DNA of 64,000 nt, taken from Octopus sinensis (taxonomy: Eukaryota). The DNA is taken from NCBI RefSeq assembly GCF_006345805.1, contig NW_021836145.1, positions 33,772 through 97,771 on the forward strand. Direction: 5' to 3'. Shown piece by piece: positions 1 through 13,073 of this stretch. The position numbers and the translations under genes are program-made. The notes beneath the pieces are model-generated. The model did not search any database, was not told the DNA's origin, and saw only the letters and a program-made list of their open reading frames with translations. Positions within the stretch are counted from its first letter, which is position 1; each line of letters opens with the position of its first letter.

Positions 1-624
1 CAGGCCTTTTGAAAGAGAAACAAGGCAAATATGAAAGCTATTATCACTATAATAACAACACTAAACACAACAATAATTATATGTACAAGCAGGGCAACGT
101 ACAATGTGCACCACCTCCTTCTCATTCTGTTACATAATTAGGAAACATTATGACCCAATATTGATGAAACAGTCATAAAATGAAACAAAAAGAAATATTT
201 TACTTCCACTAATAACTATCATAGCTGTCAACTTCTGAATTAAATTATATTGCTCTGATATGAGGGAGTGTATTTTTACTTGCATTTCATTTTGCACACA
301 AATAATCGTTTTGGGATGCTTGTTTTTGCTTCTTTTTCTTCCTTTCCTTTTTTTTTTTTTGGATAGGTTGTGGCATACCCAACATATGACACCTATTGAT
401 AAGAAGCAAGCTTCATACTTGTTATCTAAGTAACCAAGAAAAATATCTTAAAGAATAAAGATATCAATCTTTTGGTAATAATTTACAATATATACAAAAT
501 TTAGTCTTCCAACCTTCATTAGCAAAGATTCAACTGAGCAAACAAAAGTGATAAAAACAGTGGCAATGTAATGATATATTTGTGGATGCAGGTCATCAAT
601 CTTCCTTCAGTAACTAGCTGTTTT

Positions 625-848
625 TACCTTAGGGAAATAACAGAAAAGCCAACAAAGGAGCATTTGACTTGCTAGAACTAGTCATCAAATCTCCTCAAAT
701 TACAACCTACTGTATTTAAAAGGAAAGGGACAACAGAATATGATTATCCAAATAGACTGTGCCTATCTAAAAATGACTGAGTGATTTTGGCTGGCATGCC
801 AAAGCTCTTAAGTCTACTTAATCCTGACTGAGCTGGGGTTAAACAATA
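625..848 (+). mobile_element. Dispersed repeat family D (SINE/LINE-tail-like), degenerate copy
   Basis: The block 'gacttgctagaactagtcatcaaatctcctcaaattacaacctactgtatttaaa...ctgagctggggttaaacaata' recurs in degraded form near 32150-32250 and 42930-43100. Confidence 0.4.
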
Positions 849-1095
849 AAGCATCATTCGAGTGTGATCGTTGCCAGCATCACCTTACTGACACATGTGC
901 CAGTGGCACGTGAAAAACAACATTCGAGCATGATCGTTGCCAGACTGGCTCCCATGCAGGTAGCACGTAAAAAAACACCTTTTGAGCATGGTAGTTGCCA
1001 GAACTGCCTGACTGGCCCTCGTGCTGGTGGCACATAAAAGCACCTGCTACACTCTCAGTGTGGTTGGCATTAGGAAGAACATCCAGCTGTAGAAA
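845..1095 (+). mobile_element. RTE LINE 3'-UTR fragment (internal subrepeats plus tail motif)
   Basis: Contains 'gcacataaaagcacc...tggttggcattaggaagaacatccagctgtagaaa' and ~60-bp subrepeats matching the 3' UTR of the RTE at 56521-58500. Confidence 0.75.
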
Positions 1096-1096
1096 T

Positions 1097-1237
1097 TGGT
1101 ACTTTATTTTAACAACCCCAAAAGGATGAAGGGAAAAATTGACTACGGTGAGATTTGAACTTAAAATTTCAAAGAGCCAGAACAAATGCCACAAGGCATT
1201 TCTTTCAGTGCACTAACAATTCTGCCAACTCACTGCG
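1097..1237 (-). mobile_element. SINE family B, partial degenerate copy
   Basis: 'ggtactttattttaacaaccccaaaaggatgaaggg...gatttgaact' is the reverse complement of the family B core seen at 31082-31312. Confidence 0.65.
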
Positions 1238-1659
1238 ACACCAACAACTTTTTGATACAGCAAAATACTAAGATTACTTAAAAAATAATGGAAAAACATG
1301 CAAATACATATATAACACAAGTAATTTTTAAAGCAAAATTGTCATTCTTATCTCGTTATCAACATTGTCATTTTAACAGCCACTTTTCCATGCTTTCAAG
1401 GTGTGATGGGGGAGGATTTTCTATAGCCTGATATCCCTCTTGTTTTCAACACTCACCGGTTTCCAATTAAGTTAATCTCATGTTATACCAGACATGCTTT
1501 CATGTAAGTTTTGAAATGAAGGACACCGCTTGTATGACGGTAACATTCAGCTACAACAATTACATGAAGTCTAGGCAAGGAAACAGAAACATACACACAC
1601 AGATACATACATACATGAATGTATATGTACATGCATACATACATACATACATGCATACA

Positions 1660-2512
1660 TATTGAGTCATTCCATAAATAATGTGATTTGTTTCAATTGC
1701 GTGTACTAAAAGTTGGAGGAGGATGGGATAAACTACCTGCATCAACTTGCTAATAAAAGCAGGTAGTAATTTTACCTTGTCCTTATTCTTAGTGCAGTTC
1801 GATTTTAACAGCTATGTTTCAAAGCAATAATGGAAGTGGCAAAGGAGCCTATTCAGCAGATTTTGCTTTCAGAGTTCAATAAAGGAAACAATGCAACAGA
1901 AAGTGCGAGGAATATTGATGCCGTATATGGAGATCGGACAATAAGTGTAAGCCAGTGTCAACAGTGTTTCCAGAAATTCCAAACTACATCCTAGAAGATG
2001 GGCTTTGTTCGGGAAAACCTGTAGAGCTTGACAAGGATGTAGGTAACCTTCAAAGGAGAAACACAGGTGCTCAAGGCTAAAGAAGGTCTTCACTCACATA
2101 AGGTGTTGTTATTTGTTTGGTGGGATACAAACGGTTTAGTCCACTTTTGACTTTTAAACCCAAACCAAACAATAACAAAGGATATCTACTGCAAATAGAT
2201 TGAGTGGCTTAAGTCAGCGCAAGAAGAAAAATGATCATCTTTGGTTTCAAGACGAAAGGTGTTCTTTCATCAGGATAATGCTCAGCCACATACAGCATGG
2301 ATGACATTAGGTCAGAACAGTACTGGAGAAGTATTTTTTGTCACAGACAAGTGAATTTTGGAAGAGGGACCTTGCAAGTCTACTAGATAGATGTAAGAGC
2401 ATTGTAGAAAATGAAGGAGAGTGTATTTCAGATTAAAAAAGAACTTTGTTTATCTTAATTTTGAAAAATAAAAGTGGTATAGAAAAATCACATTATATAT
2501 GGATGACCTTAT
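1660..2512 (+). mobile_element. Internally deleted mariner (Tc1/mariner) DNA transposon, transposase pseudogene
   Basis: TIRs: 'tattgagtcattccataaataatgtgattt' (1660) versus the reverse complement of 'aaatcacattatatatggatgaccttata' (~2485-2512). The + frames read MEVAKEPIQQILLSEFNKGNNATESARNIDAVYG, KVLLFVWWDTNGLVHF and KVFFHQDNAQPHTA (mariner HTH, VWWD and HDNAxPH motifs), with stops and deletions. Confidence 0.85.
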
Positions 2513-2543
<31 letters not shown>

Positions 2544-2549
2544 GTATCT

Positions 2550-2755
2550 TTCTAGTATAACACAAGGCTTGAAATTTGGGGGGAGGGGTAAGTCAATTAC
2601 ATCGACCCCAATGTTCAATTGGCATCAGTTTCATCAATCCCAATAGGATGAAAGCCAAAATTGACCTCAGTGGAATCTGAACTCAGAAAATAAAGACAGA
2701 CAAAATGTACTAAGTATTTTACCTGACATGCCAACAATTATGCCAGCTTCCCACC
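2550..2755 (-). mobile_element. SINE family B, degenerate copy
   Basis: 'gtcaattacatcgaccccaatg...ggatgaaagcc...gacctcagtggaatctgaactcagaa' is the reverse complement of family B. Confidence 0.7.
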
Positions 2756-2984
2756 CTATATATAATACACACACACCTTTCAGTTTCCATTTACCATATC
2801 CACTCAGAAGGCTTAGCAATAAAATTTCATCAGACAAAATGGGAACAGGTTGCTTAATTTGGTTGAAATAACAACCAAATTTCCCTCACATTACACACTA
2901 TTGCCTCATAAAAAACAGATAGACACATTTGATGATAGAGCCCAAACTGCAGAACATTTGGAAACAAAGATATGTGCATGTGTG

Positions 2985-3790
2985 TGTGACACTATGAATT
3001 TGAGAAAAGTCTTGCATATTTTCACTCTTCTAACTTATGAATTATGTTTGTAATGTGCATGTTAGCTTAGTTTATTTTGTTTTCCGAAAGTCTTAGCTTT
3101 TCCTGATTGTCATTTCCAAACAATTCCAAGTGCACCAATTATTACTGGTATAAATGTCAATTTATAATATGATTATAGAAACTGAAGGTTTCAAAGCAGT
3201 TGTCCATAGTTATTCTCTTTCTCTATGAAAATAAAAGAGATGTTCAATTCAGCAAAGCAACTGAACTCTATGATGGTACCAAATGACACTGGTCTGTTAT
3301 ATTTACACTCGGCAACAGTTTTGATGGGAAAGTTCCAGCAATATCCTTTTCACTGATGTGTGTGTATGTGTATGTGTGCATGTATGTATTGAATAGCAAG
3401 GGAATTCATTTTATTTTCCCAAGGACAGTCCTTTTTCTGATGGCATTGTATATTATTTTAGCAAGTTGCCTTGGGTTGTTGTACCTTCATAACATTTCTG
3501 GGTGGCTGCTGATCATATGTGTGAAGTCATTCACAGAAATGTGATATGTTTGACATTTCCACTAGCACCTTGGGCTTCCAAGGACTCCACTGTCTATTAT
3601 TGTGTCTCGGCTATTTTGTAGCAATCTCTTGCTAATGGACAGCAAATGCATAAACTTTGAAGTGTGATGTAATACAGTTATGAGTTCATCAAAGGCCATA
3701 CTTCATCATCAAGTCTTCAGGAAACATACCGATGAATCATCTCCTTGTGGTAGGCTGAGTATTTCATATCAAGACCTTCTTTGTATATAT
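2985..3790 (-). mobile_element. Decayed RLE-type non-LTR retrotransposon 3' region (zinc knuckle plus restriction-like endonuclease C-terminus)
   Basis: Minus-strand frames read FKVYAFAVH*QEIATK, DFTHMISSHPEM (degenerate CCHC knuckle), YGQLL*NLQFL, YKLTFIPVIIGALG and KICKTFLKF, typical of the C-terminus of R2/R4/NeSL-group ORFs. Confidence 0.65.
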
Positions 3791-5676
3791 GTATCTGTAT
3801 GCATGTATATTTGAATTGAGAGAGTGTGTGTGTGTGCACCTGTACATATATGTTCATGTGTACATGTACATATGCATGCAAATATATAAATATACATTGA
3901 TATCTACGCACACATTATAGGAGAATCACATAGTAAATAACAATTCTTAAGACTACTTAATTTGATTGATTAGGGAAGAGTGAGTATTTTGTTTGTGCAT
4001 TTGTTTTTTACAGATGTGCTTCCAATAAAGATATTTTGTTTTGCTTTGTAATCAAACTATTTAAAGAAGTTACGAAACTTAACATTTGGAAATAAGTAAA
4101 TAATGAAGAAAATGAAATGAAATATTGTATTTAGAATGAAAAATGATCGAAGCTGTTGAAGAATAACATATTGAATAAGATAATGGAGGAACAGGAAGAA
4201 AGGCTATGGCAGGGGGTAATGTGATAAATTAAGCTAATGAATCAGAAGATTTTAATCCAAAGCACTTTCTCCGGTTTTTTCTCCCCTCTAGTTTGACTTT
4301 TTTTTTCTCCTGCTTCGTTAGTGATTTTCAGTTCATGTCTCATGGTATGCATTTATCTATTATTTTAAAATTTATTTTAAGTCCTTTTCTTTGTGTGTGT
4401 GTATGTGCAACAAATATAAAAATAAAAGTAGATTAATTGTGGAAGATTTGTTTGCCTTTATTGAATTTGTTTCTATATTTTTCTCAATTTATTTTTATCC
4501 ATTATTTTATAATACCTTTCTCTTAAATTTTCTTTTTCTATTTCTTAAAAAAAATTTTTTTCCCCTGCTACAAGACAACATTTCCTTTCAATAAACACAT
4601 TTCAAAAGAAAAAGAAAGAATATTTATAAGAGAGGAAGGAAGGAAAAAATAACAACACAATAACAAGAAAGTAAGGAAGTAAAACAAAAAAAGAAAAAAG
4701 AACAATGTAAAAAATAGAGATAAATCTGCAAAATGCAATAGGAAAACATTAAATAAATTTACTATCATAAAATGTAAAATATTTTTCAGATCTATGTTTC
4801 AAATATAATGAAATTATAGAGTATTAAATTCCTTTTCTTTCTAAATAATGATACATTTTCATACGATCCAATTGATTACACTGCCTCCCGTATAAACCCG
4901 ACAAGATATTTATTGTTACTTTCAGAAGATTTGCAAGTGTATTATCAATTTCAAAGAAATGCAATTGTCTTCATTATTCCATTTTCACCAAACTAGCAAT
5001 ATTAACAATACAAATAAAAAAAAAGGAAAGAAAAGAAAGAAAACAGAAAATTTGGGTGGAAGAAAATGAAGAAGAATAAAATAACAAAAGTGTAAAAATA
5101 AAAAAAATTAAAAAATAAGATAAGATTCCTTGAGAGATGATATAAATATTTCATTGAATGACTTGTTTTTTTTGTTTTTTTCTTTTACCTTCTTCTTAGT
5201 CATCTTCACTTCAGTTAAAAGAAGATTTTTACCCACCGCATGATTATGCAGAATTTAAAAAAAGAAAGAAATACAGTAACCAAGAATATTTGTTCATGTT
5301 GGAAATAGTTTTCAGATATCATTTTGTGTGTCTTTGGTTAAAAAGAAACCAAACACAACTGAAATATAAAACTAAGATATAAAGAGAAGAATGTATGATT
5401 TTTCAAAATAAAATCAGTATCTGTGTGTGAGCATAATACATGTGTGCATGACTGTATGTAGGTGTGTGTCAGTTTATTATTGTTGTTGTTGTTTGCATTG
5501 AGCAAATGTATCTTGTACAGTACAGGAAGACTGAATTTTACTGCACTTTACTTACTGGTTCCTCTTCATCTCCCAAAGCAATGGGGTTTGGGATATTTTG
5601 AGGGTCCCTAATATCTATGCATGCATCCCATTACATTGGCTGGAAAATCTACCCAGAAATTTAGTAGTAATCAATA

Positions 5677-6097
5677 TACTCTTTTTCTTACTCTTTTACT
5701 TGTTTCAGTCATTTGACTGCGGCCATGCTGGAGCACCGCCTTTAATCGAACAACTCGACCCCGGGACTTATTCTATTGTAAGCCCAGTACTTATTCTATC
5801 GGTCTCTTTTGCCGAACCGCTAAGTGACGGGGACATAAACACACCAGCATCGGTTGTCAAGCAATGCTAGGGGGACAAACACAGACACACAAACACACAC
5901 ACGCATATATATATATATATATATACATATATACGACAGGCTTCTTTCAGTTTCCGTCTACCAAATCCACTCACAAGGCATTGGTCGGCCCGAGGCTACA
6001 GTAGAAGTCACTTGCCTAAGGTGCCACGCAGTGGGACTGAACCCGGAACCACGTGGTTGGTAAACAAGCTACTTACCACACAGCCACTCCTGCGCCT
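5677..6097 (-). mobile_element. tRNA-derived SINE family A (CORE-like), full length
   Basis: The reverse complement begins 'aggcgcaggagtggctgtgtggtaagtagcttg...gttccgggttcagtccc' (A/B-box head). It has a CORE-like 'caccttaggcaagtgacttc', an internal (TA/CA)n and a tail ending (GAGTAAAA)n. Near-identical copies lie at 38206, 61660 and 63255. Confidence 0.9.
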
Positions 6098-6214
6098 ATA
6101 TGTCGGTGACATTTTTCAAAATTTTGTAGATTTAAAAAGACAAAGAAAGAGAAAAGTGAAGGACACTGAACAAATAAATAAAAACAGAAAAGTTATAAAT
6201 AAAAATAAATAAGA

Positions 6215-6790
6215 GAAGTGCTAGACATGACTTAACCAGCCTATCACATATGATGGAATGAGCTTGCACGCTGAGACAACCTGCCTTTTTCTGCACTTGA
6301 TGAATCTCTCCAGTATTTTGATGTGCGGATATAGCAGGGATGTGATGACAGCACTATAGATGCAAAGCTTATGGGACAGTGTTAAACCTCTGTATGATCG
6401 GAATAATTTCTTCAGTCTCAAATGGAAATAGTGCTATATTAATCCTCAAATTCATTGTAGTATCTAAGGATCCATTCTATTTCTACTAAATACATGAAAG
6501 AATGCATTACAGAAAATCTGGTTCCTTACACAAGTTTATTTGTTTCCACATAGGTCCCTCCTGGAGAAAGTGTAAATATCACCTTACTCTTCATCAGGTT
6601 TATTGTAAGTCCACAAACAGTAGAAACTTTATATGATTTTGTCTCTCATGTATGTGTGTATGTGCACATGTGCAGGTGTGCCTACATCCACTCAGATACA
6701 GATTTTTGAAGATCACAAGAGGGTGAACTTTAAGGAAGGAAGGTACTAATAGATAGACACAGAAAATATTTTTTAATCTATAAAACAAGC
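6215..6790 (-). mobile_element. Decayed RTE (BovB-like) LINE RT/C-terminal fragment
   Basis: Minus frames read GLTINLMKSKVIFTLSPGGTYVET and RGLTLSHKLCIYSAVITSLLY...LERF...WLSHV, matching RTE consensus motifs GLTINxxKTKVM and KLxVYxAVVxxSLLYG. Confidence 0.65.
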
Positions 6791-8822
6791 GAAGTCTAAA
6801 AAGTAAGTAAACACGAGTGAAAAAACAGAATGGAGAATGATGCAGCCAATGTTAAGAACATGTTTACAGTAAGTGGAGAAAAAAACATAGAATAAAGATT
6901 TTCTTCAGTAAGGTAGACAGGCAGTCAGATGACTATCTTGATTTTCAATAGAACAATGCAAATAACATTTTTTAATTAATTAAATCAAAGTTAGGAACAT
7001 ATCTTGTTCATCAAGGTCAATCCTGCATGCAGACACCAATATGTATTTAGATAAAGACATACCACATAAACAGCTGTAATGATACGTATTTGTAATTTAG
7101 AAAATTAATGCCAGCAGTTAAAAGTAAGTCTTGATGTCTGGAAAGTATTGTATCAACAACTAACAAGAAGAAGTCATGAAACAGACATGAAATATATATA
7201 CATCTCACAATTCCGCTGTGGTGTCACTAGAGGTTAACATTCACAGAAACAGATAATATGTTGCAGAACAATGTAAAAACAGCTGTATTCCTGCTGCAAC
7301 AAAATCAATAAATTTGATCTCACCAATTAATCATTCTTATATAATTAATATTGTCAATGACATCATTAATCTAATTGATATTAATTTCACATTACCAATA
7401 TTGTAGATGTTATTAGCATTCTTCTTTTAATTAATATTTTCCACAATACTAATGATAATATTAGCTTTGCCAACATTAATGTAATTAGTATTATCAATGT
7501 TTCAATCATAGTGCGTCTACTACATAGCTGAGCCATTATGGTCAGTGAGGTGTTTAAATGAAGTTAGGTTCAATTCTTGTGATCTTAAGCAATTCTCTTT
7601 CCTTTACTTCGGACTGATAGTTTGGGTTGAAGAATAGGAAGTCGTTATAATAATGAATCAAATTAACAAACTCAACTGACTGCACTTTGAAACTCCCAAA
7701 CTGAAACCAATGATCAGAAAATTTGTTTGATGACAAATGTGTTATAACCATTAACTTATAAGTATTTCACTTATCTGTGTTTTGCAAGTATAATTTTATT
7801 AGTAATAATGCAATCTTAATTGACATGTCGAGTGCTATGCTTTAAAGGAATACAGTATATAAAATTATTCTGAGGGATTTATACAGATATACTACTGTCT
7901 ATCTATACATTAAACTGCCCCACTTTCTCTTTCTCACACCCACACATATATACTTTCCTTATCCTAAAGTAAAATACATAGAATATGAGATAAGTAATAA
8001 TTGCTTCAGGAGTAGCTGATCTAATTTTCAAAGATAATTCTAAGGCTAATCTATTGAAGAGCTAAGCAAGAATTCATGATCAGTTGATCTATACACCCAC
8101 CTCCAAAGCTGGATTACAAAAACTGTAATTGCAATAAGGCAAACGTGACCAAATCAAAGACAAAGCTGGATACTACATTGGTTACCCACCCAATTAAAAG
8201 ACATCTTCTATACTGTTTTTTTTTCTTTCTTTTAAGATTCTTTTCCATCTTTGCTGAGTGAAAGATTAAACAGAATCAGAAGAAAACTATAGAATTTTGA
8301 AGAAACAACATAGTTCACATTTTATGGTATTTTATGTAAATTCTATCACAGTATTTTATATTGTCAGTTATTGTTATCTAACTTTACATGTTTATATATA
8401 TTTACATGTGCTTTTTGTACCAATTTATGGTAGGTATTCAAATAAATTTTCGATGAATCAAACTTTTTGAACCACCTTAATTTATCTAGCTTTCCTCTAG
8501 AAACAATGGTTTGTGAGAGGTATTTCACCAGAAATAATCTTATCATAATAACTCTAATACAATAATCCCTTGACTCAAAACCTCCCACAGAAATAATTAC
8601 AATCTAAAAAAATATAAATACCTATCACCTGCAGAAAACCTGTGATATGCTGAGGAATCTGTGATATAAATTTACATACATTAGTCAGAAAAATCAGAGA
8701 TGTACTGAGTGTATAATAGGTGAACCACAATATGGCAAGGGATTACTGTAGTTGGTATTCAAACAGTAAATGCTTTATTCTAGTATTAAGTTCCAGCAGC
8801 ATTAGATAATTATATATATATG

Positions 8823-8965
8823 TTAGTGGCACACAAAATGCATCCAGGACACACTGTAAAGTGGTTGGCATTAGAGCTCAATACAGCCCTGGGGGTTTGC
8901 AGGATCTAGTAAAACTGTCCAACCTGTGTCAACATGGAAAATGGACATTAAGATGATGATGATGA
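8823..8965 (+). mobile_element. RTE 3' tail, degenerate
   Basis: 'gtggttggcattag...ccaacctgtgtcaacatggaaaatggacattaagatgatgatgatgat'. Confidence 0.6.
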
Positions 8966-9979
8966 TATATATTAATGAAACATTTTTAAATGATCATTAT
9001 ACATCACTGGCCTTCCAATAACCCATTCTCATTCTATTCATTATGATTTTACCTATAATCTTCTCATAGTCAAATTTATTATAGAATACGCTATGTTGAT
9101 ATTGCAAGCAAAGCTTTCATAACAAACTCTCAAGCATATTTGAAACAGGTTCTACATCTACAAATTCTACGTTTTTACAAAACAAGTCAACACAATAGTT
9201 TCACCATTGTTTAAATGGTGAAGTATAACACTGATTTGCTGGACACTATGTGTATATCTGAATGCCATATGTCATTGAAAAAGTAGTTAAAAGATTCATA
9301 TATATATACTGTCATCAGCACTGTTATATGGCTGTGTCAAAGACCCTTAGTTTTCAATGGCTCAGTCAACTGAATGCTAACAGTTTCCACATGAGAAGGA
9401 TAATTCATTACTGTGTGCAAAAGCAATGCAGTGGATTTGACAAGTATTTCATTAGCTTGCAGTATTAAGTTAAATTCCTATCATATCAATCCAGAAACTT
9501 CTCAGTAATATCGTAAAAGACGTGAGAATGTGTATCGTTGGTGTGTGTGTGTGTGTGTGTGTGTGCAACTATGTACCCACGAACATATGCTAAGGAAAAT
9601 GATAAAGAGAAGAAGAAAAAATGCACACACAAAATAACTCCAAGCACAGTCAGCAAAAGGTGACAATGCATACATAATTTGTCTTAAACTATTATTACTC
9701 TAATTCCTATCTGAATCATGGAGGCTTAAATAAATGGAAAATACCTTTGATTAAGAAAAAAAATAAATAACATAGCCTAGGTTATTAACAAATATTTGTT
9801 GAAACTTGATTTATTTTTCTTATTTCTAAGAAGATTTAATTTTCAATAAAGATTTTCATGAAAGATTCTGTGTTAAGTCATTTGTTACTGATTTTGAGCA
9901 CTGAGGATTTTGCCAAAGTAGTTTTGCTTTAATTATATTTCAGTTTATAGAAACCAGTTATTTAGTATGGTATTTGGCA

Positions 9980-10680
9980 GTAGAAAGCCTAAAGCTTAGC
10001 GACATGGTTCTTTATGCAATGAAAGACAGATCATCATTATTGTGCATGAGGAAAATGTGGAGGGAATGAAAACAAGGATTAGTAATTCTTCTATATCATT
10101 ATCTTTAAAAAAAAAGTGGATAATTGATTTGGGGCAACAAAAACAGTAACTGATTGGGAAAAGAGAGAAAGAAAGGACTTGCTAAAGATGGAAACGAACA
10201 CTGTCATTCTGTGAGACAGGAAAAACATTAGGAGGAAAAAAAAAATTGAATGTGTGTAAGAAGGAGCTGCTAGAAGAAAGTGCAATCTGTTGCAATAATT
10301 GTTCATTTATGAAGGAGCATAAAGTTTATTGATAAAAGGAATAATTGGAAGAAGAAAAAAAGATGCAGTTACATTAAAGCAGAAAGTGGGAGATGAGAAG
10401 TAACTTGTTTGGTACAAAGATGAGAGATAAATTATTAGTTTCAATTCAGTTTTTAAGAAATCTCAAACAACTGTAGTAAAAAAGTGAACCAGGATTTTAG
10501 ACTGCTAGTGAGAAAGATAGAGTGAAATTATTTAAAACAAGGAATGTTGACTAAGAATCAGGGAAATAAATATAAGATATGGAGAGAGAGAGAGAGACTT
10601 AAGAGATATTTAGCAATGCAGAAAAAGAAAACTCGAGAATCATTTTTAGTGAAGCAAAAAGTAATGAAAACATATCAATA
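9980..10680 (+). mobile_element. Highly decayed CR1-like LINE 3' region
   Basis: Weak motif remnants GATKTV (cf. RATKxV) and TKNQGNKYKIW (cf. TRGxxYKL) in a purine-rich strand. Confidence 0.3.
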
Positions 10681-11308
10681 AGATGCAGGATGAATTTGTT
10701 TTACAAATTATTCAAATTAATGTTTAGTGTATTTGCTATTGTTCTGGTTACATAAATCTCATAAAAGTGAAAAATCAGAAGCCATGAATCAAGATGTTTT
10801 ACTGAAAAGACTCAACTTAGAGCCCACAGACGATATAATCTGAGTAAATTTGCATTCCATTTCTCACACAATTATTATCTTATGTTCTTCAATTACAACT
10901 TTTAGATCTGTTTGTTGCATTTGATCTTTAAATACACCTGGCACATATTGTGTTTGGAAAGTTAACTCCTCTTGTACATACAAGGAAATATACATCTGTT
11001 TAGAGTAGAAACACAAAATAGTGAGTTCAGAGTCTATTAGAAATTGATGTGATTATTTAACCCTAAGTCAGGTCCAATCAAACCAACTTATATGATCAAA
11101 CACAGTGGTGTAACAAGGGCTCTCACCCAGGAGAAAAAGATAGTTTGGTGCCGTTACCTTAATTAATAGACATGCTAAATGAGAGGAAATTTTGCACACC
11201 TTCATATTGCACTCAGGAGAAGGAGCACCCAACTGCTTCTTCATTTCTCCTCTTGTTACAATTCTGCTAAAGAACTTTAATATTTTATATAACAGTAACT
11301 ACAATGTA

Positions 11309-11537
11309 TATTTCTTTATTGCCCATAAGGGGCTAAACATAGAGGGGACAAACAAGGACAGACAAACGGATTAAGTCGATTACATCGACCCCCAGTGCGA
11401 AACTGGTACTTTATTATTCGACCCCGAAAAGATGAAAGGCGAAGTCGACCTCGGTGGAATTTGAACTCAGAACGTAATGACAGACGAAATACCGCTAAGC
11501 ATTTCGCCCAGTGCGCTAACGTTTCTGCCAGCTCACC
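11309..11537 (-). mobile_element. tRNA-derived SINE family B, intact copy
   Basis: The reverse complement is near-identical to 31082-31312. It has head 'ggtgagctggcagaaacgttagc...gttctgagttcaaattcc' and central 'gcctttcatcttttcggggtcgaataataaagtaccag'. Confidence 0.9.
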
Positions 11538-12617
11538 AGTAACTACAATGTCCAGTGCAGGGAGTAATCCAAAAGAGGCTTCGTTGCTTTTCCTCGTGCA
11601 CCAAAAGACTGTGGAAGCTCCCTCGCTCACATGAGACTGTTTATTTATAGTTTTTGTATACACAATATGGATACAAAAAAAAAAAAAACTTATAATAAAA
11701 TGCCTTATCTACTTGAACTTTATACATTGATTGATACAATCATACATGTGCTACTGAATATATGACTCAAAGTATATGTTTATTCTTTATTGTAAACAAT
11801 CTATAAAAGTGCTTCATGTGCTTACATAGAATCAATGTATGTATGCATGTACAATAACCTAGCGGTAGTTTTACTCATTGTTGAGTTGAAAGGTAAAACA
11901 GTGGTTGGAAGTACTGAATAGCACTTGACATAATAAACCGGGTAGAATTGCTCTTAATATCTACTATAATAATACTCCTGTGTTTTTCTCCATCATAACA
12001 TATGAATGAGAAAGAAAAGAGTGATAAATGAATAAAGAAGGAGGAGGTGATGGCAAAGTGGTTGTGGGATGATGGAAATACTACGGTGAAAAAACAAAAA
12101 TCAAACAGCATTTCAACTCTGAGTATATATGTGTATATGTAGAAGGGGGGAATGGGTGTGTGTGTTTGTATGTGTGCAATAGATGGTGAACATACAATGC
12201 TGAAAAGAAGAAAATCAAATAGTGTTTCAACTTCGTATAAGTATATGTGTGCAAGAGAAGAATGTGAGTGTTTGTATGTGTGATTATTTTGTACCTTATT
12301 TATATATATATAAAATACAATAATTAGCCATCATTTTTTGATGACATGTCAAATAATATTCATTATATTTCATGGATGAAAAGAGCCTTCTTGACTGTTC
12401 CTGAGAAAAAATTTGGATCTGTGATAGCAGGTTAAAATGTATTCAAGATTTTATTTAGAATATCAGAACATCATCAACTATTTGTTACTTCTGCCATCAA
12501 AATGGTCAGTACAAGAGCAGTACAAGGTGAGCTATGTGAAATCTTTGAGTAATTACTTGGAAATATTTTGTATACATACACAAATACATATATATATGGA
12601 CATAAATATATGCACAA

Positions 12618-12648
<31 letters not shown>

Positions 12649-12670
12649 ATATATATATATATATAGATAG

Positions 12671-13073
12671 ATAGATAAGTTTAAGAGACAGAACCACCTT
12701 CAAGCAACTCAATCAACATTGAACGACATTATCTATGATAGAGATATATAAGATTAAATATTATCAACATAATACCTGCAATTACTAATCTGATTCATAT
12801 ACATTATATAGACTAGTTTTATATAATCCAGACCTGATGATTGGCAGTATAGTCATATCGATATAGTATTGAATTTCGAGACTTTCTACTTTAGCAATAT
12901 CGATAGATTTATTGTCATGAAATGTGCGTAGTCTATATAATGTATATGAATCAGATTAGTAATTGCAGGTATTATGTTGATAATATTTAATCTTATATAT
13001 CTGTATCATAGATAATGTCGTTCAATGTTGATTGAGTTGCTTGAAGCTGGTTCTGTCTATTAAACCTATCTAT
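12671..13073. mobile_element. Foldback/MITE-like element with ~145-bp inverted arms in (TA)n
   Basis: 12671-12815 is the reverse complement of 12929-13073, with about four mismatches by eye. The spacer is ~113 bp and (TA)n lies on both flanks. Confidence 0.85.

Noticed and set aside
3731-3795. Minus-strand candidate exon IHIYKEGLDMKYSAYHKEMIHR with AG/GT ends
   Set aside because: It is contiguous and collinear with the RLE LINE relic at 2985-3720, so it is better explained as part of that ORF.
5598-6212. Recurrent ORFs such as FQSFDCGHAGAPPLIEQLDPG (also 38232, 61656, 63430)
   Set aside because: These are antisense translations of SINE family A, not a gene family.
6555-6742. Two plus-strand candidate exons (6555-6605, 6676-6742)
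   Set aside because: The opposite strand reads GLTINLMKSKVIF..., which is RTE reverse transcriptase sequence.
12459-12526. Plus-strand candidate exon with a good gtgagc donor
   Set aside because: The reading YLLLLPSKWSVQEQYKVSYVKSL runs through the donor and resembles a DNA-transposase C-terminal motif (FLxxxPxxWxxxxxY...VxxL). It is ambiguous and not supported as a gene.
12825-12870. CTGATGA in the foldback spacer as a hammerhead
   Set aside because: No GAAA follows the putative stem II.
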